This document shows positions 41,261 through 53,744 of a DNA stretch of 64,000 nt, piece by piece. Source of the DNA: Eledone cirrhosa. Taxonomy: Eukaryota. Each line of letters starts with the position of its first letter. Position 1 is the first letter of the stretch. The notes under the pieces are model-generated. The model had not been told where the DNA came from. It searched no databases and saw only the letters and a program-made list of their open reading frames with translations. The stretch spans positions 11,284,001-11,348,000 of the forward strand of contig OZ024748.1 in NCBI GenBank assembly GCA_964016885.1, given 5' to 3'. Made by a program: the position numbers and the translations under genes.

Positions 41261-41835
41261 CTAGCAGATTTACCCGGCGTTGCTCGGGGTTTGAAATTAT
41301 GTTAAGAATATACAGCTACGAAGTAAAAGAACATTATTTGTCCCCAACCTGACAAAATAAGCAGAAGTCTTCAATAATTAATGCAAACGAATATTTAGTG
41401 CAATCTTTGTACACATAAAACTATGCTGATAATGAAGGAAAACACTGAACAGGATGTAGTTATACAAATGATTAAAGACAATGAAAGTGCAACAAAGAAT
41501 AAACAAGAAACAAACGATAATATTAGTGATTTATCTTCAAATGAATGTGATGTTTATATTTCTGAAAAGTTGGTTATCTCCCTTTTTTATAAGGATTGTC
41601 AATAAAGTTGGTTATCTCCCTTACATCAATTTTGTTACCGATAATTTTGATATCGATTTTTTTTTTTATTGCTCAATGTGGGTCGATTTGAAAAATGTTT
41701 GTGATGTGACAATCTTAGCGACCTGTGCAACGTGCACAGAAAATTTGGTCAAATTCAGTTGTTAATTGTGAAAGCCTTAAGCATGCAAAGTTGTACACAG
41801 ACACACACACATCCTCACTTTTATATATATAAAGA
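41261..41835 (-). mobile_element. Non-autonomous Helitron, 575 bp
   Basis: On the minus strand it starts TC, ends CTAG and sits between host A and T; GC-rich subterminal hairpin cccggcgttgctcggg (41273-41288) ~12 nt from the 3' end. Confidence 0.8.
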
Positions 41836-42509
41836 TATGTGTTATAGGTAGCAAATTGGCAGAGTTGTTAGAACGTCGGATAGAATACTTTATGGTTTCG
41901 TTCTGGCTCTCTGCTCTCTCGGTTCAAATCCCGCCGAGGTCAACTTTGTCTTTCATCCTTTCGAGGTTGATAAAAAAAAAGTACCAGTCTAGTACTTGGG
42001 TCGATTCTTCCTCTATATCTCTTTCTCACTTCCTCTCTGGAAGAAATCTACTGTACTCGGGCTTGGAGAGAAATGGGCTCCACCAGGCTTAAAATGCCCA
42101 AGAAATGTTGTATGTCAATACAGTGCCCCCTATGACTCTATCAGGAGTTACAGGACCATACATACATACCAGATATGTGTTATTATTTTTATGTATAGGG
42201 TAGTGGAAATACAGAATCGGTAGAACATCGGACAACATGCTTTGCAGCATATAGTTACATCGCTTTACATTCTAAGTTCAAATCCTGCTGTGGTTAGTTT
42301 TGCTTTTCATTCTTATGTGGCCGATAAAATAAAGTACCAGTAATACACTGAGGTTGGTTTAATAAATTTTCTCCATTCCCTAAAATTGTTGGCCTTGTGC
42401 CTAAATCAGAAACCATTATTTTTATGTATATATATTTACATTATACTATATTATGTTTTAAACATATACACACACTGTAATGTAATTTTGAAAATCTTTT
42501 TCTCCGCAG

Positions 42510-42659
42510 TTGACTTGAGGGAAGTAAAAGAAATCCGACCAGGGAAAAACTCTAAAGATTTTGAGAAATGGGCAGATGAAGCAAGAAAAGCAGACAAAAA
42601 TTTGTGTTTTGTGATATTTTATGGTTTGGAATTTAAACTGAAGACATTATCTATTGCTG
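42510..42659 (+). CDS. PLCG1: PLC-gamma exon (PH domain): [49 protein letters not shown]
   Basis: ccgcag acceptor, G|gtaaag donor, 150 nt, phase 1-1. Confidence 0.95.
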
Positions 42660-43310
42660 GTAAAGTAAAATTCTATTATTATTATTATTATTTTGTAATA
42701 GTGTGGTGGATTGGCAGTATTGGTAGAGAGTTGGACATCATGCTTCACGGCATAGTTCTGAGTTCAAATCCCATCAAAGTTGTCCAGTTGTGAGACAAGC
42801 CAAGTCAGGTGACCATGTCTTGCTCGTACAGAACTGATTTTGGTTTGGTTTCTATGGCTGGATGCCCTTCCTAACACCAACCATATTTACAGTGGGGACT
42901 GGGCACTTTTTGTCATGACACCAACATGACCACTTTACAGTGTGGACTGGGCACTTTTTGTCATGACTGTTACAAACAATTTTTCTTTAACAAATTGTTG
43001 CTCTTAGTCAATTAGAAACTATTTTAAGAGGACCATATTTTAATCCTTTTGTTGTTGTTGTTGCTACATTTTATGGTGGTGTTAGTGAAGGTGTTGATGT
43101 TAGTGGAAAGGAAAGCTTAGAAGAAAATATTCTTTGTTTCAAAGTGAAATTAGGTGAAGGGCAGGGTAAGCTGAAGAATTAAGTAATTGAATAAATAAAT
43201 AAAGTATTTATGAAAATGTTTAACAAGCATCCATAGTTCTAGAATATATAGTTCAGGGTTGTTGATCTTTTTTTGTTTATTCTTTCAATGTTGATGCTTG
43301 CTAATTCATC

Positions 43311-43352
<42 letters not shown>

Positions 43353-46300
43353 TTTTCTTCAGCAGCTGTAGTTGGAGTAGTTTAAATTGAAATAACTTGG
43401 TTGATGTTTCCTTTTAAAATAATTAGAAGTATGTATACTATAGAGTTTAAAAAAGAAGTAAATTTGTGTATGTGTCTGAAAACTATGTATTTTTAGTGTG
43501 AATTAAAACCAAGTGTAGCCCGATGCTGGTGACGTTAATGTTGGAATAACTAACTAAACAGGAAGTTAACAAAATAGATTATTTATTAAGAGATTAGTTT
43601 GCCAGGAGTTAAATCAAACTAAAGAATTTCACTTTGGAAGGTTCATCAGTAATGGTTAAATCAAATAAGGAATTTCACTTTTGAAGGTTCATCAGTTGTG
43701 GAAAGTAACATGTTTGCAATCTGTGGTCAGTGAAGATGGTCAAATATAAATCCTTGCTTTCCACCAAGTAAGTGTGTGGTCTAGAGGAAATTGTGTTGGA
43801 TTTATGATCATAACTTCATAGGTTTGATTCTTGAACTGGGTTGTGTTTTTTGTGTTGTGTTCTTAAGCAAAACATTTCATTTCACTTTGCTCCAGTACAC
43901 TCAGCTGAAAATGAGTCCCAGTAATAGCTGGGGGCAGGGAGTTAACCCTGCAGTAGACTGGTTTCCTGTCCAGGGTGGAGTCTTGGACTGTTAATCGCTT
44001 AATGCCACAGAAACACTTTATTTCATGTTGCTCCTTCTGCCAGGAGTTGCGACCAGTGGATAGTATCAGCAATGGAAAGACGAATAGAAACACCAGTCCA
44101 TCACAGTGTTAAACCCTCAGCTATTACTGGTACTCATTTCCAGCTGAGTGTACTGGAGCAACGTGAAATGAAGTCTTTTGTTCAAGAACACATCACACCA
44201 TCCAACACACTTTCCTCTAGGCCACGCCGCACCTACTTGGTGGCAAGGAAGTATTTATATTTGACCATCTTCACTGACCACAGATTGCAAACTTGTTACT
44301 TATGTGAAATGAAGTGTTTTGCTCAAGAACACATCACACAATCAATCCAAGAATCGAACCCACGATGCTGTGATTGTAAGTCGAACACACTTACCACAAG
44401 GCCATGCAATGAAAGCAGATATAAAAATGATTATGATGCTGATGATGATGATGATAGCTGATTATTCACCCTCTTGCTATATTGTGGCTATATTTTCCTC
44501 ACCCCATTGTTAGTGTCAGCACCATACTTCAGTAGTGAGTCCTTTGTTGCTCTCTCACCAATCATAATACCAAGTTTTCAATTGTTCAGATTAGCAGTTC
44601 TCTCTCTCTCTCTCTCTCTCCTAACATTGTCAATTTTTGCAAAACATACATATCATCCAGACGTACACACGCACACATGCACACACATTAAATTGAAAGT
44701 AGGTTCCATGCTAGCTGAGTTTCTGACCCAATTTTCATTTTTGGTGGTTTTCATTTCATGTAACTAATATGTACTTGGGAACAACATGAACACCACAGAT
44801 TCTATTTTTCTCTCAGCGTTTTGTGCTCTGAGTTGAAATCTCCAGGAGGTCAACCTTGATTTTCATCCATTCGCAGGAAGATTGATAAAGTATCAATCCC
44901 GAGCAGTGGATTGACAAAATTGTTAGAGCTCTGATCAATCAACAAGATCCCAGACCTAATTCGATTTCTGAGTGGGGTGGACCTCATCCAATTGGACCAA
45001 GGAAACAATATTTCCATTGGTCTTTCCATTGCTGATATTATCTACCAGTCGCAACACCTGGCAGAAAGAGCAACATGAAATAAAGTGTCTTGCCGAAGGA
45101 CATAATGCATCACCCATTCCGGGAATTGAACTCACAACCTCATGATTGCGAATCCAACTCTCTAACCCCTCAGCCACACACCTTCACATTTAATGTAATG
45201 CTGTCCACTATATCTTTAGACTTTTTGTATTCTCTATTCGCGCGCACACACATTTTCATCAACATTACCATTTTACATCCACTTTTCCATGATTAGATGG
45301 GTTGGAAGGGTTGTTTTGTCAGCACAGCATCTCTCCCCTTGTCCTGTTCCTTTGTCATCTCCTCTGTGAGCTTCAACAATTTGAGATCAGTTCTCACCAC
45401 CTCCACCCAGGTCTTTCTTGGTCTTCCTCTACTGTGGTTTCCTTCCACTGGGATTTCTTGGTACATCTTCACTCAGTAATCATCCATATCCATCACTTGC
45501 CGATATCAGTGCAGTCTTCTCTCCTGCACACTACATCTGATTCTTTGTATACTTATGATATAAAAATTATTAATATATCAGTTATAAATATATAAATATC
45601 ATCATCATTGCTTAATGTCTATTTTCCATGCTAGCATGGGTTAGACAGGTTGTCCCATTTGATGCATGTCGGGTCAGGTGACCGTGTCTTGCTCAAAATA
45701 TTTTCCTGAGAAATTACATTTCTTTTTAATTTTTTTTCACTTAATTTTTATTTTTTTTTTTAGCCTCCAACAAAGAAGAGTTCCGAAAATGGTTGAAAGG
45801 TTTGAACCATCTTGTACAAGACACACAAAATGCTTCTTACCAGCTTCACGTGGAAAGGTATCTGTATCTTTATATTTGTTTCTTTATTATCTCTTTCTCT
45901 GCCTCTGCCCCCCTCCCCCTTTCTCTGCCTGCCTCTGCCCCCCTCCCCCTTTCTCTGCCTGCCTCTGCCCCCCTCCCCCTTTCTTTGCCTGCCTCTGCCC
46001 CTCTCCCCTTCCTCCTGTTGTATTGTATGTCATCATCATCGTTATCTCCATTGCTGTTATCATTATCATCGAAACAATGTTTTTTTTTTACATCTAACCC
46101 ATTCGCCAGTAAGGGTTAAAAGGGTTTGCAAATATTTGAACTGATACAGTTTATATTTTTCAATTGCACTCTCCCCATAACAGTGCCACCCAGTGCCCCA
46201 CTGTCAACGTAGTTGGTGTTAGGAAGGGCATCCAGCTGTAAAAATCCCAAAATACAGTCCCATCTGAGCAAGGTACGGTGCAGCCAACTGGCCAGACTTG

Positions 46301-48069
46301 TATCATAATATGGATGATCTGTCTAACTCATGGAAAAATGGACATTAAATGGTGATGATGATCACTCAAATACTAGCAACATTTTTTTATTACTATTCTT
46401 TATCCTTGTAACCATTGCACCTAGATTTTATTTATTTATTATTATTATGCAAATAAAGAACTCATTATAATGTAAATAAAAACATGTTTTTAAGTATGTC
46501 ATGAATTCCAAGTCACTCTTTATGTGTGACAGATGCACTCGTATGAGAGCTGGTATTTCTGTTGTTTTCACTCAACTGACGAGACTAAGCTTTGATCACA
46601 TTGATAAGTGTCCAGTTAACTTGACTCTTTTGTCATTTAGATATATTTATTTGTTATTATGAAAGAGAAACATACCTCTTAAGTTTGTGCGATTTTTATT
46701 TTTTTTTAAAAAGCGGTATAAGAATTTCAGCATACTTTATTATTGAGGTTACAACTTAAGTCAATGTCTTCCAGTTCAGTTTTTAGTGTTTTAACCCTTT
46801 ACCATTTTCATTACTCTATATTTACTATTGTATTTTCACAGTAAAGGCTTTATCTCATATAATATTGACTCTGAGATTTTGATATTATATATTTTGAGAA
46901 CAATACATTAATATAAGTATGTGCAGTCAGTTACAGCCAATTCTGGTTGGATACGGCTGGTTTAAATGCTAAAGCGTTAAAGAGGTATAGGAATTTCAGC
47001 ATACTTTTATTATTGAGGTTACAAAAGGTCAATGTTTATCAGTTCAGTTTTTAATGTTCTAAACAAACAAAAAATGTTAATATGCGTAAAATTTCCTGAC
47101 TAACATAAAATATACGTATATTTTATAATCTTGAAGATTTGGGGCCTTGTGGTTAGGGTTTTCACATTGCTGCATACAACTAAATTAAATAAATGGGTGA
47201 CAACATTAGCTGGCTGTTAACTTTGCAATAAACTGATGTCCTGTTCAGTCAAGTAGAGATACTTGTACTCTTAGTTGATTAATTTAGCTCTGGTTTGATG
47301 AACCTCAAGAACTACAGATAGACATTTTAACTATAATCTCGAGTGAATATTTATTTAACCCTTTAGCATTTACATTACTCTATATTTACTATTATATTTT
47401 TGTGATAAAAGCTTTATCTCACATAATTATTTCACATAATATTGAATCTGAGATTTTGATATTATTTATTTTGAGAACAATACCTTAACGTTGGTATAAG
47501 AGACCGGTTATGGCCTGTTTGAAGAGAAGGAAGTGAGAGAATTCTGGCTGGATATGGCCGGTTTAAATGCTAAAGGGTTAAAAGATTAATATATTTTTAG
47601 TGTCTTCTATCTCATTGCTACTAAAATCTTGCCTCAAGTGGGACAATTCCCGTCCAGACCCATGCTAGTGTGGAAAATGGACGTTAAACGATGATGATGA
47701 TGATATATATATAACCCATGCTATTATGGAAAAATGGATGTTAAACAGTTATGATGTTGATGATATATATATGTATATATGTATATATGATAAAGAACAC
47801 AAGAGCGTCTACAACATCAACAGATTTTTATTGGCTTACAATGTTTCTTCCTTACGTAACCGTAGGATTCGTCAGATCTATAAAAGGGGTTTGATTGGTG
47901 TTATGGGCTCTACCAACCAAACATTCAAGAACAAAGAGTAAAGAGAGTAAAGAGCAAAAGTAGGGGACGATAAGTCTAATTTTGGTGCGGGAGGGTGGAG
48001 TGTGGGTCCTTGTTTACTAGCTGTGGTCATATTCATTCCTGGGAGTCGAGTGGTTAGTTGAGTAATATG

Positions 48070-48125
<56 letters not shown>

Positions 48126-51100
48126 GACTGGGTGTGATTATCATGCTACCACCGCGAAAAGGGTTGTCTACCATGATTGTGCCCTCTACATTGTGTCTGA
48201 TTTATTCAGTTACTGCTCTCCTAGACGGGTTGCCTTAACTATAGCTTAGGAAATCTGCAGTTTTTTATATGGAGTTGTAGTTTTCCTAGATGGGTTGCCT
48301 TCACTGTACCTTATAGAGTCCATATATCTACCCTCAACACACACTTCTGAGGGATAACAACTGAGATTTACATAACTAAAGAAATGATTGTAAATTCAAA
48401 CCCCCCACACAAGCCATTGTGTTGTATCATTCAGCAAGGTGCATAACTCTGCTTGTCTCAGTTTGATTAATCATTGGTTCTTTGTTGTTTCAATGGATTT
48501 GCAAAGCTTGCAAAATCATTTCGTGAATTAAAAAAAAAACATTGATAATTTAGAATTTTTTTTAACCTTCTTTTTTGTTTTTCTTTTTGACAGATGGCTT
48601 CGAAAAGAATTCTACCTCATGGAAAAATTGGGTACATATGTGTAAGTACTGAATTGCTTTACCTGGTTATTCCCCTTTATTTTAACAACTAATTATCATG
48701 GTCAGGAATCTTGGATAATGACTGAAAGAATACGATCACAAATACAAGTGGCTGAAATGGGGTTCCTACAAAAGGGCTTTGGAGTAACGTTACTCGATAA
48801 AGTGTGTAGCTCGGAGATCAGTGAGTTACTCCAAGTAGAGTTGCTACTTCTCTGAATTGAGAGATCTCAGCTCTGATATTACAGGCATGTGGTTAGAATA
48901 GGGGTACTCCAAAGGGTCTTTGGAGTAACGTCACTTGATAGAGTGCGTAGTTCGAAGATCAGAGAGTCACTCCAGGTAGAGCGACTACTTCTCCGCATTG
49001 AGTGATCACAGCTCTGATATTACGGATATTTGGATAGAATGTCTCAGGAAAGAATCGCTGGACACATTTTATCCCTGTTTCCATGGCATGAAGCAACTGA
49101 AGATAGCGAGTTTGGCTTTTGCACCTTCCTCCATTCTTCTGATTATTGAATTGAAGATAACAAGTTTGACTTTTACACCTATGCCTCAATTTACCAAATA
49201 CTAAGAAAATGTCTTCATTATGTTTTCAGAGTAACGCAGAAACATCTGAAAGGGTGGATGTTAAGAATAAATTATAAAATTGCCAGCAATAAACTAAGAG
49301 ACAAGTTTCAAGTAAGTTTTTTGGTGGATTTATTTCTTTTTTTACCTCTTCAGTGCCACTGACGAGATAACTCATCCTAACATGCTTGAACTCTTTTCCA
49401 ACAGTTCATAACTTCAAAGTTATGAACTCTTTTCCAACAGTTCATAACTTCAAAGTTATGAAATCGTTTCCAACAGTTCATAACTTCAAAGTTATGAAAT
49501 CGTTTCCAACAGTTCATAACTCTTCAAAGCTAGATGGGGTTACTAGTTTATTGATGTGATGTTTGTCAATCATTCAGATATGTGTTGTTAATAAATGTTT
49601 ATTTAAAAAATAGTCACTTTACTGAAAAAAACCCAGCACATCAACTGTAGCTGTGTAAAATATAGGCGGAAAACACCACCACCACCACCACCACCACCAC
49701 CACCACCACCACCACCACCACCACCACCACCACCACCACCACCACCACCACCACCACCACCACCACAACAACAACAACAACAACAACAAAAAACAGGTGT
49801 TACTTTCTATTTCATGGTTGGGTGCTTTATTTTTAAGAGGATCAATTCAGTGCCTTAGATATGTTTGTGACCCATTTCTGATTCACAGAAATGTCATTTC
49901 AAATATATTTGTTGTTAATATACTTGAGAAAAACATGTGCGTCACACAATCTCTTGAGTACACCCTTGTCATTTAGCGGTGTTTTGTTTTTTTATTTAAA
50001 GTTTAGTTAGGGCAAGATGAAGAGCAGTGATCATGACTTTGTTTTTACCGGTCATGCAATTCATTGTCATCATTTTAGGCCTGTTTTCCATATTGATATC
50101 GTTTAAACAGGTTTAAGCTAAAGTTTGTTTTAAGGCAGAATGGTGTCTTTGAGTAGGACACTTTATTTCATGTTATTCCAGTTTGGTGTCAAGCTGTATC
50201 GGCCTTTGTCTTTTTCTTGGACAACATCAGTAGCATGGAGAAGGGAGACTGGTATGCATGGGTGACTGCCGGTCTTCCACAAACAACCTTGCCCAGTCTT
50301 GTGCCTCAGAGGAGAAACTTTTGAGGTGCAAATCCCATGGTCATCCATGACTGAAAGTGATCTTCCTATTTTTTTTACATGTGTGGCATTGTGTTCGTGT
50401 AAGAAATAATTACATTTTTAAATGTTTATTTATTTCAGGAAGTCGATAAAAGTGGCACCGGTTCTATAGGATTTGAAGAATTTGCAGCCTTGTTTCGCAA
50501 TTTAATTCATGTGCCATCTGTAAGTCTCTTTCTGTCTCATGTAATACACTTCTTCTAAGTTCCAACCTACTCCTTCATTTTCCCTCTCATATTCCAACTT
50601 ACAGTGATATCTTCTACACCTTATGCTTGCCTCTGTAATATCATCATCATATGTCCGCTTTTCCCTGCTTGCAAGGGTGGGATGGGTCCTATTCAGTACA
50701 GCATCTCTCCACTTGTCACAGTCCTTTGTCATCTCCACCGTGAGCTTCAGCGATCTGAGGTCTGCTCTCACCACCTCCACCCATATTTTTTGTGGTCTTT
50801 CTCTACTACGTCTTCCTTCAACTGGCATTTCTTGGCACTTGTTCTTCCATCGGTCATCCTCCATGTACATCACATGTCCATACCATTGCAATCTCCTCTC
50901 TCGCACACAACAATTTATCCCTCTCAGACACAGTTTCTCTCTCAACACATCCATGCTCGACCGTTCACGTACATTGACATTGCACATCCAATGGAGCATA
51001 CTTGCTTCATTTCTCTCCAACCGTCGCATATCCTCTGCAGTTGCTGCTCATGTCTCACTACCATGCAGCATCGCGCACCTCACACAGGCATCATATAACT

Positions 51101-53140
51101 GGCCTTTTGTACGCAGGGAGAAACCCTTCTTTGTCAGCAGAGGAAGCAGCTCCCTAAACTTCTTCCAATCCGTCCTTATTCTAGATACTATGGCCATAGG
51201 GGTGAGTGTATTGGCTATCCCAGGGTCTTGTATGTCCAATTTGTTGGACTATTTTCATAGTCAATAAACCTACTTGTCCAGTGATTCTTTCCTGAGACAC
51301 TCTAACCACATGGACAGATTTTACGGGCAAAACCAACCAGCAATTTATTGTACTTATAAATAATGCTATAATGTGTTCTAACTGACAGGCCGAGACCATA
51401 CTGGGGCACCATACATATACTTATTTTCATTGTACTTTCAGATTATCACAGAGAGGTTCTCAAGTTATTTTGAATTCAGTGGGAATATCAGGTAACATCC
51501 TATTTGGTTGTTAATTATTCCTTTTGGCAAAAGACTTACAAAACTGACATTTATTCCGTTCCTTTGTTTCATCGATTGTTAAATTTGTTTTTTATTTCAA
51601 TACTTGACGAGGTATTAATAATGAAAGAAATGTTTAATTGTGTCCCGTAATATTTTTTTTATTTGAATCAACAAGATCCCTGACCTTACTCACTTACCAG
51701 GTGGGGTAAAACTTGTCAGTTCAGACCAAGGAAACAATGTTTCAATAGGTCTTTGCATTGCTGATACATTCTCTGATTGCAACTCTTGACAGAAGGAGCA
51801 ACATGAAATAAAAATTCTTGCTCAAGAACACAACACAACACAACACAACACTCAGCCAATTGTAAGCTTTAACCATAAGCCCTTATAGTTTGGCCAATAA
51901 CAATGGTCAGGGTGCTGGACTCATGATCATAAGGTCATGGGTTTGATTCCTGGACTGTGCAGCACATTGTATTCTTTATTTCATGTTGTTGTTTGCTTGT
52001 AGCATTGTGTTAATGCATGTGATTTGAATGCTATTACAATGCAAAATGGACGGTAGATTTTGGAATAAATTGAAGGCAGCAAAGATGTTGATGTATCACC
52101 TGGTATTTTATTTACTTGTCCTAATATTTCAAGTCTAAAAACCCTTTGTCAGAAGACTATAATAAAAAAACTGGCTCAGAGTTTGTGCATATGCTGTTTA
52201 GAGACTCACCATTTTTTCTTTTGTTTGAAAAAATGCCAACCATTTCACAGAGCATACATTTTATAGGTTTCTATGGCTAGATGCTCTTCCTAATGCCAAC
52301 CATTTCACTGAGTGCACGCACACACACACACATAAACATGTATATATATTCAAATATATTCAATATTCTGCACTTAACTAGCTTTGATCATTATATTCCT
52401 ATTTCAGAACCATGTCACCTGAAAATTTTCAACTATTTTTGCTACAAGAACAAAGAGTAAGTATTTCTTCAAATAATACTGTGGCATCATAGCTTTAACC
52501 TTGTAGCATTTAAACCAGCCATATCCGGCCAGAATTCTCTTGCTTCTTTCTGTTCAAGCCAGCTGTAACTGGCTGTTCATACTGATGTTAAGGTATTGTT
52601 CTCAAAATAAATAATATCAAAATTTCATAGATTTGATATTATGTGAGATAATTATGTAAGATAAAGCCTTTACCATTAAAATCTAAGAGTAAATATAAAG
52701 TAATGTAAATGGTATGTGAGATAATTATGTAAGATAAAGAAAGCCTTTACCATTAAAATATAAGAGTAAATATAGAGTAATGTAAATGGTATGTGAGATA
52801 ATTATGTAAGATAAAGCCTTTACCATTAAAATATAAGAGTAAATATAGAGTAATATAAATGCTAAAGGGTTAATATTTGATTGGATATTTCTATTGATTT
52901 GATATTTTTATTGATTGCATATTTCTATTAATTTGATATTTTTATTGATTTTTTTCAGGATTCCAATGTCAGTGATATTAATGTTGTGAAAGAAATCATG
53001 AAAACTCATCTCGACGATGCAGTGAGAGCAGCTGCTGAGCCTTATTTTACTGAGCAAGAGGTTAGTTAAGGTTTAGGGGTCTTTGTTTGTATGTATATAG
53101 ATACACACTGGCACATAGAAACATCAGTCACAATAAAGAC

Positions 53141-53200
<60 letters not shown>

Positions 53201-53705
53201 GATATTAATAAATGGAAACTATATTTATAAAACCATATTTATTTCATTATACATATTTCAGGGATACCACATTAAATTATGGTATGCCTTCATCAGACAA
53301 AATACAATATATAACAGTTTTACAAATAGCTTTGACGTACCCTTTTAAAATACAACCATTACTTTTGGAGGCTGTCTGGATATTAATATCGTATATCTAC
53401 TCCAAAAATTTGTCGAGTGCTTTATATCAGTTATAAAAATATTTACTTGTTGTATCCCAACAACTTTAAATAGAACTTTTGCATATATATATAATATATA
53501 TACATATATATATAGGAACAAGTAGGACCCCGACGGCTGAGCTCAAGCCGTTTCGACGGCTAATTCTGAGTCCAGAATTAGCCGTCGAAACGGCTTGAGT
53601 TCAGCCGTCGGGGTCCTACTCGTTCCTATTACCCACTCTACTACCCTAAGTATTGAGTACTTTGGTGCGTTATGGTCCACCTGGTTCCTTACCACATTTC
53701 CTTCG

Positions 53706-53744
<39 letters not shown>

